Positions 57,191 to 64,000 of a DNA stretch of 64,000 nucleotides are shown one piece after another (the stretch's first letter is position 1; every line of letters starts with the position of its first letter). Below the pieces are notes generated by a model. The model searched no databases. It was not told the origin of the DNA and saw only the letters and a list, made by a program, of their open reading frames with translations. The DNA is taken from positions 685-64,684 of the forward strand of contig JASEHH010000008.1 of the NCBI GenBank assembly GCA_030017685.1, in the 5' to 3' direction. Both the position numbers and the translations under genes were made by a program. The stretch is from Thermodesulfobacteriota bacterium (GTDB taxonomy: Bacteria > Desulfobacterota > BSN033 > UBA1163).

Positions 57191-57917
57191 CATCCTCACC
57201 CTTTTCCCGGAGATGTTTTCTTCTCCCTTTCAGGAGAGCATCCTGGCCAAAGCGATTGAAAAAGGGCTGATCGAGGTGAGGACGATCAACATCCGGGACT
57301 TTGCCCTTGATAAGCGCCGGATCGTCGATGATGCTCCCTATGGCGGAGGGCAGGGGATGGTGATGAAAGTGGAACCCATTGCCCGGGCCATTGAACAGGT
57401 GAAATCAGAAGATCCATCGGTCAGGACAATCTATCTAACCCCCGAAGGAAAGCCGTTGAATCAGGAGATGGCCAGGCAACTCTCTTCCCGATCCCATCTG
57501 ATCCTTCTCTGCGGCAGGTATGAGGGAGTGGATGAGAGGGTAAGGGAGCTCTTCATCGATGAAGAGATATCGATCGGGGATTATGTTCTGACCGGAGGAG
57601 AACTGGCCGCCATGGTTCTGATCGATACGGTCTCAAGGCTTTTGCCCGGAGTGTTAGGGTCGGACCGGTCGGCGGAGGAAGATTCCTTCTTTGGCTCTTT
57701 GCTGGAATATCCCCAGTATACCCGGCCTGCAAGTTTCAGGGGGTATGAAGTTCCCGAAGTCCTTCTTTCGGGAAACCATCAGGCGATCTCTCTCTGGAGA
57801 AGGAAGGAGGCCCTGAGACGAACGTGGATGAGAAGGCCGGATCTGTTAAGCAAAGCTTCTCTTTCTGAGGAAGATAAAAAGATCCTGGAAGAGATATCAA
57901 AAAAGGATGTTTCGTGA
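57180..57917 (+). CDS. trmD: tRNA (guanine37-N1)-methyltransferase
   Basis: [42 protein letters not shown]. Confidence 0.97.
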   Translation: MRFDILTLFPEMFSSPFQESILAKAIEKGLIEVRTINIRDFALDKRRIVDDAPYGGGQGMVMKVEPIARAIEQVKSEDPSVRTIYLTPEGKPLNQEMARQLSSRSHLILLCGRYEGVDERVRELFIDEEISIGDYVLTGGELAAMVLIDTVSRLLPGVLGSDRSAEEDSFFGSLLEYPQYTRPASFRGYEVPEVLLSGNHQAISLWRRKEALRRTWMRRPDLLSKASLSEEDKKILEEISKKDVS

Positions 57918-58127
57918 CGGGTGCATTTCCCATCGAATGAAAAAAATGGCCTTTTAGGCAAGGGGAAGAGGTTAGGGCTATGAAGCCAGTTTGGAGAAAG
58001 GTCAATGGGTTAGGGTTAATGATTCTTGAACCCGGGGTAGACAGATTTAAACACCAATGACCTAACCTAACGACTAAACGGGCATCTTTACCCTTACCTT
58101 TAGACGGTACACTTTACTTTCTAAACA

Positions 58128-58694
58128 ATGGGCTCTAATCTCTATTTAGGATTGGTTCACCATCCTGTCTATGACAGGAGAAGAGAGGTGGTCACGACCG
58201 CTGTGACCAACTTCGATATTCACGATATTTCCCGCTGTGCGCGGACATTCGGACTGGGAGGCTTTTTCATCATCACTCCCCTTGAAAGCCAGGTGGAGTT
58301 GGTGGAGAGGATCATCGGCCATTGGAGGCAGGGGGCAGGCTCAGTGTATAATCCCACGAGAAAGGAATCCCTCTCCCTTGTCCGGGTGTCCCGGAGCATT
58401 GATGAGGCGGATCAGGAAATTTCACGTCTCCATCAAAAGAAAGCCAAGAGGATTGCCACAGGAGCCTCCTCTTATCCTGATTGCATCGGTTATGGAGACT
58501 TGCGGAGACTTCTAAAAGATCGGGAAACTCCGTTTTTTCTTCTGTTTGGGACTGGATGGGGTTTAACCCAGGAGGTTAAAGGAAGTTCAGATTATGTATT
58601 GGCACCGATCGAAGGAAAAGGTTATAATCACCTCTCAGTTCGTTCAGCCGTTGCCATCATCTTAGATCGGCTGTTGGGAGAGCGAATCGAATAA
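58128..58694 (+). CDS. SPOUT-class RNA methyltransferase (DUF2168-like)
   Basis: LVHHPV..TAVTNFDIHDISR, FGTGWGL, YNHLSVRSA..IILDRL. Confidence 0.85.
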   Translation: MGSNLYLGLVHHPVYDRRREVVTTAVTNFDIHDISRCARTFGLGGFFIITPLESQVELVERIIGHWRQGAGSVYNPTRKESLSLVRVSRSIDEADQEISRLHQKKAKRIATGASSYPDCIGYGDLRRLLKDRETPFFLLFGTGWGLTQEVKGSSDYVLAPIEGKGYNHLSVRSAVAIILDRLLGERIE

Positions 58695-58822
58695 TTTCGG
58701 AATTCGCCTGCCTGCCGCAGGCAGGGATTTCGGAATGCGGAATTTTTAATAACATGGTTTAAAGATCTTCTATTCCGCAATCCGCATTCCACATTCCGCA
58801 ATCGAATAGAAGGGAGAGTAAG

Positions 58823-59176
58823 ATGAATCCGTTAGAGTTGGTTGAAAGAGAACAGTTACGGACGGACCTCACCCCATTCAAGGTGGGTGATACGGTCCGG
58901 GTCCACGTGAAGATCATCGAGGGAGAAAAAGAGAGAATACAGCCATTTGAAGGAGTGGTCATTCGCAAAAAGGCAGGAGGGATCCGGTCAAGTTTCACCG
59001 TCAGGAAGATCTCCTACGGGATAGGGGTGGAAAGAATCTTTCCTATGCATTCCCCCAGAATTGATCGGATCGATGTGATCAGCCGCGGGAAGGTGAGACG
59101 AGCCAAACTCTTCTACCTGAGAGGCCTGAAAGGCAAGGCGGCCAGGATCCGGGGCGAAAAGAAACAAGTAGCCTAG
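58823..59176 (+). CDS. rplS: 50S ribosomal protein L19
   Basis: [42 protein letters not shown]. Confidence 0.97.
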   Translation: MNPLELVEREQLRTDLTPFKVGDTVRVHVKIIEGEKERIQPFEGVVIRKKAGGIRSSFTVRKISYGIGVERIFPMHSPRIDRIDVISRGKVRRAKLFYLRGLKGKAARIRGEKKQVA

Positions 59177-59298
59177 AAAAACATCAATGCAAAGTGTAAA
59201 ATTAGCATTGAAAATTTTAAATTAAGATTGTTAAATTTTCATTTTGCATTTTGCAATGAGTGGTTATCATGCTTTTTCCTTCTCTTCCCGCTCAGCCC

Positions 59299-59895
59299 AT
59301 GGACTATTTCGAAAAGATGTACCGTGGGCAGGGCTACCAGCGAGTTGCCGGTGTGGATGAGGTGGGAAGAGGCCCTCTTGCTGGGCCTGTCGTGGCCGCG
59401 GCTGTCATCCTTCCGGAAGAAGGTATCGGTCAGAAGCTCTTCGATTCGAAGAAGATATCCTCCAAGAAACGAGAAGAACTTTACAAACACATCTATCAGA
59501 AAGCCCTTGGCGTCGGGCTCGGTGTAGTCCATCACAAGGAGATCGATCTCCTCAATATCCTCCGGGCCACTTTGAAAGCGATGGTCCTGGCTGTTGAGAA
59601 TCTTCCCTTGTCCCCTGATTTTATTCTGATCGATGGAAATCAGACCCTCCATTTTCCCGTACCCCAGAAGCCCATCCGCAAAGGAGACCAGATTTGCAAC
59701 TCCATTGCGGCGGCATCCATCGTGGCCAAGGTTACCCGGGACCGTATGATGCTGGAATGCCATCAAAAATACCCGCAGTATAATTTTGCAAAACATAAAG
59801 GCTACGGAACAAAGGAGCACCGGAAAGCCATTGAGACATTTGGCGTCTGCGAACTCCACCGGAAGACCTTTCGGGGAGTAAAAGAATATTTGTAA
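59299..59895 (+). CDS. rnhB: Ribonuclease HII
   Basis: GVDEVGRGPLAGPV, DSKK, IDG, SIAAASIVAKV.RD, HKGYGT. Confidence 0.95.
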   Translation: MDYFEKMYRGQGYQRVAGVDEVGRGPLAGPVVAAAVILPEEGIGQKLFDSKKISSKKREELYKHIYQKALGVGLGVVHHKEIDLLNILRATLKAMVLAVENLPLSPDFILIDGNQTLHFPVPQKPIRKGDQICNSIAAASIVAKVTRDRMMLECHQKYPQYNFAKHKGYGTKEHRKAIETFGVCELHRKTFRGVKEYL

Positions 59896-60005
59896 TAAAG
59901 GGTTCAAGGAGTCCAGGGTTTGAGTGGTCAAGTGGGTGTCAAAAAAATTAAAAGGAAAACTTGAATCCTTGAATCCTCGAACCCTCGACCCCTTTGAGTA
60001 AAAAG

Positions 60006-60371
60006 ATGCAGAAAAAAGAACTCGGCAAAAAGGGCGAAGAGATAGCCCTCCGGTTTTTAAAAAAGAACGGATATCGCATCCTTGAAAAAAATTATGTCTG
60101 TAAAATGGGGGAGATGGACATTATTGCCAAAGAAAAGGATACTCTGGTCTTTATCGAAGTGAAAACTCGAACCTCCACAGAATTTGGCCCCCCTCAGCTG
60201 GCTGTCAACTCTCGGAAACAAAGGCAGCTTTCAAAAGTTGCCCTGAACTATTTAAATGAGAAGCGACTCAAAGATGTAAAGGCAAGGTTTGATGTCGTAG
60301 CCATTCTCCTCAGGCAAAAAGGAGAAAAGATCGAACTGATCAGGGATGCCTTCGATTTGAGTTGGGGATAA
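60006..60371 (+). CDS. yraN: YraN family (UPF0102) protein
   Basis: G..GEEIA..FL, GEMDIIA, FIEVKTR, RFDVV. Confidence 0.9.
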   Translation: MQKKELGKKGEEIALRFLKKNGYRILEKNYVCKMGEMDIIAKEKDTLVFIEVKTRTSTEFGPPQLAVNSRKQRQLSKVALNYLNEKRLKDVKARFDVVAILLRQKGEKIELIRDAFDLSWG

Positions 60372-60410
60372 AAAAAGTTAGGAGTTCGGAGTAGTTAGTC
60401 CGGAGGTAAA

Positions 60411-60674
60411 ATGTCTTCAAAAGATTTGAATTTTGCAGGAGAAGCTGTGTTTGAAGCAATCAATAACCAAATCCAAGATCAGAATCCACCTGAAACCAAA
60501 CAAACTTATGATAGGCTTATGAAAGAAATAAAGAACCATGATGAGGTCATGAAATACATCGGCCTAGTGATGATGGCTGAAATATTGGATATATTAAAGA
60601 GTAAAAAACCATTCAACAAAAAAAGATATATAGAACGGTTAAATAAACTACCAGATACATCATGGGCTGAATAG
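60411..60674 (+). CDS. Small AT-rich hypothetical protein
   Basis: RBS GGAGG, 87 aa, helical-looking; NQI.D..PPET..TY.RL..F...RY...L..LP pattern. Confidence 0.65.
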   Translation: MSSKDLNFAGEAVFEAINNQIQDQNPPETKQTYDRLMKEIKNHDEVMKYIGLVMMAEILDILKSKKPFNKKRYIERLNKLPDTSWAE

Positions 60675-60993
60675 ATATCAACTGCTTAACAATTCAATCC
60701 AGAGGTTGAGGAACTCGTGTCTTCAGGATCAGATTTAATTACTGAGATTTTTTCTTGCTCTCCTTAAAAACAAGATAATCTTTCGTTCTGTCCTTAAATG
60801 TCAATATTTAAGTCTGACCCCAGGGTTTCACCTCCCAGGGATTTCAAGATTTGCACGACGTGGCCTGGCTATTCATGTCCGTTGATGTCATAGAAGGCGT
60901 CTAAAGGATGGCGACCTTTTTTAACGGCCCCCAGCATTCAGAGATCACTAGGAAAAAGTGGAGATTTTCAAAAATATTTCTGGTTCACCTCGA

Positions 60994-62394
60994 ATGTTCA
61001 ATCACGTCCTGTGCGTGTACCCGTATCGTCGTGAGTTAAACCACTCAGGCTTCTGCCCTCCCCTGGGACTCGAGTTCATCGCAGCGGTTCTCAATCCACA
61101 CGCTCGCACGCTCGACCTCGTGGACCTTCGAAAGGAATCCGGCAGCACAAAGGACTTTTTTCGCCCGGAAACCGATATGGTTTGTTTCTCAATCAACTGG
61201 GACCGCGATCCGGAATCCTTGGACAAGGAGATCCTTTCTGTGCCTCCCGGGATTTTCACCCTGTTGGGCGGGCGGTACGCTACGGAAAATCCCGACCACT
61301 GGCTGACCACCTATCCAAACGTGACCGCTGTCGTTCGCGGGGATGGTGAGGAGGCCACGGAAGAGATTTGCCGGGGCATGCCGCTCGAAAAGATTGCCGG
61401 CCTCAGCTACCGTAAAAACGGACAGATCTTCCACAACCCAAACCGCAAAGTAGGCCCTATACGGGACGACCTTTTCCCCATTCGGCGCTTGCGCCGGCAT
61501 GCCTATGAGGTCACCCTGGATGGCATCGACACGGGCCTTTCAATTGATACGGTGGCCGCCTCGCGCGGTTGCCCGTTTAACTGTACCTTTTGCTCCTTCA
61601 ACCGCAACCCCTGGGGCGAAAAGCGGCCATGGTCGGCACGCTCTCCTGAATCCGTGGTAGAGGAGCTCGCCGGCATCGAGTCCAATGTCGTTGGTTTCAC
61701 AGACGACCTGTTCACCCATGACATGGATCGCGTGGGGCAGATCTGCGAATTGATCTTGGCCCGCGGCATCCGTAAGAAGTACATTATTAATGCACGGCTG
61801 GAAATCGCCCAGCGACCGGATATCTTGCGGAAGATGGAGCGGGCCGGGTTCACCATGCTCCTGCTGGGCATTGAGTCAGCCCAGGATAAAACCCTGCGCG
61901 CCATGCGCAAAGGCTTCGACACCGCTCAGATTCGGAAACACTTCAAGGTGCTCCGGCGCAGCCGCATGTTTCTCCACGGCTACTTTATCCTCGGGAATAT
62001 CGGGGAGAACATGGAAGAAATGCTTTATATCTCAACCTTCGCGCGTGAGCTGGGCCTTGACACGCTGGGTCTTTCGACGTTGCGCTTTAATCCTTACTCA
62101 GGTTTGGATGAACTCATTGCCCAGAACCCGGGCTATTACATCGCTCCCGATGGGAATGTTTATTCCGACCATTGTTCTAAGCATGAGCTCAAGCAACTGC
62201 GCCGCCGGATTCTCCGGGAATTTCATACCGCTGGCCGGCTCTTTCATCTCATGCACAAAGGGCTCCAGAATGGCGCGCTCTGCTTTCTCCCAGCCTTGCT
62301 TCCAAGGCTGCCCGCCATTGTTTGGCGCGTGGGGCATCGCGTGGTCAAGAAGACCAAGCGACGTGAACACCGTCAGATCCACCGTATGAAGTGA
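60994..62394 (+). CDS. B12-binding-domain radical SAM protein
   Basis: PPLGLEFIAA, GG, VVRGDGE, SRGCPFNCTFC, FTDD, GIES. Confidence 0.88.
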   Translation: MFNHVLCVYPYRRELNHSGFCPPLGLEFIAAVLNPHARTLDLVDLRKESGSTKDFFRPETDMVCFSINWDRDPESLDKEILSVPPGIFTLLGGRYATENPDHWLTTYPNVTAVVRGDGEEATEEICRGMPLEKIAGLSYRKNGQIFHNPNRKVGPIRDDLFPIRRLRRHAYEVTLDGIDTGLSIDTVAASRGCPFNCTFCSFNRNPWGEKRPWSARSPESVVEELAGIESNVVGFTDDLFTHDMDRVGQICELILARGIRKKYIINARLEIAQRPDILRKMERAGFTMLLLGIESAQDKTLRAMRKGFDTAQIRKHFKVLRRSRMFLHGYFILGNIGENMEEMLYISTFARELGLDTLGLSTLRFNPYSGLDELIAQNPGYYIAPDGNVYSDHCSKHELKQLRRRILREFHTAGRLFHLMHKGLQNGALCFLPALLPRLPAIVWRVGHRVVKKTKRREHRQIHRMK

Positions 62395-62817
62395 AAAGGT
62401 GAGATCATTCCATTTTCCCTTACTCTGTTTTTAGATACTATTTATTTGAAATCATAGTTGCTGTAGAGGCTTGGTTACAGGCGCCTCAGAAAAAGGAACC
62501 TGGGTTCGCCTATTCCACCCGACGGTGGGAGGAAAACTGATACGAGGGTTTGAAGGTCTCGATGTCGGAGATCGAGTTCGCGTTGAGCCCATAGGGATTG
62601 ATGCCGAACGAGGATTCATCGACTTTAGCCGAACAGGATGAAGACAGGAGGATTGAGATTCGCCCGTTTTAGGTGAAGGAGATCGTTTCGCACCAATACA
62701 GCGCAGGCCTCAGATTTGTGAAGAAAAGGCAGACTTGGTGAAGGGGTATTTCGACTAATTTTCATATCACTGAAAAAAAGTCTTGACTTTTTTACGTATT
62801 TATGAAAAAAAGTCGGT

Positions 62818-64000
62818 ATGGAAAGGTTGGTCGGAAAATATATCTTTGACCCTGAGATCAGTGCTGGAAAGATGGTTTTCCTAACGGGTCCTCGCCAGGT
62901 CGGCAAAACCACTTTTGCAAAAAACTGGCTTTCTTCCGAAAGAGTTGAGGATACTTACTTCGACTGGGATGATCCGGCAGTCAGGAGCGAGTACAACCGG
63001 AACCCTCTTTATTTCCGAAATATTGTCAACGCTAAGTTTAAGGGCAGACCTGTTCCCATGGTTTTTGATGAGATACACAAGCAGAAAAACTGGAAGAACA
63101 TTCTCAAAGGAGTCTACGATCCCAACAGGGAAAAAGTGCAACTCCTTGTGACAGGGAGTGCCCGTCTGGGGCTTTATCGGAAGTCAGGGGATTCCCTTGT
63201 CGGCAGATACTTTTCCTTTCAGATGTTCCCTATGGGGCTACCCGAGGTTGCGAGTGATTTTTCCCGGATTCTTGAAGAAGATAGTCCCCTTGTTGCCGGC
63301 GAATCACTGATGGAACACGCGAGGAAGGTTAATAACAAACACGTCGAAGAAGCTCTTGAAAAGCTCCTGACCTTTGGAGGATTTCCAGAGCCTTTCTTGA
63401 AAGCTTCGGCCAGGTTCCATCAGCGATGGATCAAGGAGTATAAAACGCTGCTGACAAGAGAGGAGGTTCGGGATCTTTCAAGGATCTCAGACATTAGAGG
63501 TCTTGAACACCTGATTGACATCCTTCCCTCGAAGGTGGGTTCCCCACTCAGTATTAATTCATTGAGAGAAGACCTGGGATATCATCACAGTACCCTCGTC
63601 AATTGGATCAATATCATCAAGGAGCTCTATCTGGTGTTTACCATCCGCCCGTGGTACAGAAATATCCTCCGTTCAATCAAGAAAGAAACAAAACTCTTCT
63701 TTTTCGACTGGTCCAGCCTTCCGGATCCGGGAAGGCGTTTCGAAAACCTGATGGCAGTAAGCCTTGTCAGGATGGCTGTTAGGTTCACAGAAATGGGTTT
63801 GGGAAGTTTTGAAATCATGTATATTCGGGACAAAGAAAAGCGCGAGGTTGACTTCGTCCTGATTAAAGATAACAAACCAATGGCGCTCTTTGAAACAAAG
63901 GAAGGAGATTCCGAAATCAGTCCTTCCGGGAGATATTTTGGGAAAAGGCTCGGAATCCCCCTTTACCAGATCGTCCACCGTTTTGGAAGGTGCGAAGCAT
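62818..64000 (+). CDS. AAA_14 + DUF4143-type ATP-binding protein (runs off window end)
   Basis: Manual translation: MERLVGKY..GPRQVGKTT..FDEIHK..VTGSAR..DSLVGR..FGGFPEPF..FENL..REVDF. Confidence 0.88.
   Translation, partial: MERLVGKYIFDPEISAGKMVFLTGPRQVGKTTFAKNWLSSERVEDTYFDWDDPAVRSEYNRNPLYFRNIVNAKFKGRPVPMVFDEIHKQKNWKNILKGVYDPNREKVQLLVTGSARLGLYRKSGDSLVGRYFSFQMFPMGLPEVASDFSRILEEDSPLVAGESLMEHARKVNNKHVEEALEKLLTFGGFPEPFLKASARFHQRWIKEYKTLLTREEVRDLSRISDIRGLEHLIDILPSKVGSPLSINSLREDLGYHHSTLVNWINIIKELYLVFTIRPWYRNILRSIKKETKLFFFDWSSLPDPGRRFENLMAVSLVRMAVRFTEMGLGSFEIMYIRDKEKREVDFVLIKDNKPMALFETKEGDSEISPSGRYFGKRLGIPLYQIVHRFGRCEA

Noticed and set aside
62463-62700. GTAG hairpin plus a weak LMPN-like translation suggesting a RAYT remnant
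   Set aside because: Too short and degenerate to support by eye.

Overview
Chromosomal window from an anaerobic diderm bacterium; gene content and order suggest Desulfobacterota/Deltaproteobacteria (inference). The housekeeping backbone is lysS (partial), rimO, nth, mfd-3x parvulin PPIase-pdxA, thiolase-crotonase-etfBA, selD (in-frame UGA read as Sec), tldD, dapL and the ffh-rpsP-khpA-rimM-trmD-SPOUT-rplS-rnhB-yraN operon. Accessory parts: (i) a RAYT/HUH transposase bounded by 17-bp GGGGTCAG inverted ends that supply the rimO stop codon; (ii) an AT-rich two-gene island, a P-loop ATPase plus a STAND-like ATPase-wHTH-11xTPR protein with recently duplicated 102-bp repeats, a candidate conflict/defence system; (iii) a 9-kb sigma-54-controlled module (GAF histidine kinase, NtrC regulator, Cys-rich protein, NuoE/F/G-like subunits, FMN glutamate-synthase-like protein) bracketed by a duplicated 3' end of the neighbouring gene; (iv) a BamD-linker-LptA fusion lipoprotein. 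Intergenic regions hold many nested MITE/REP-like elements and inverted heptamer arrays. One MITE sits in-frame in a coding sequence, and one array encloses a possible decayed four-helix-bundle gene. No rRNA, tRNA or CRISPR array was seen. All family calls come from motif recognition by eye, not from database searches.
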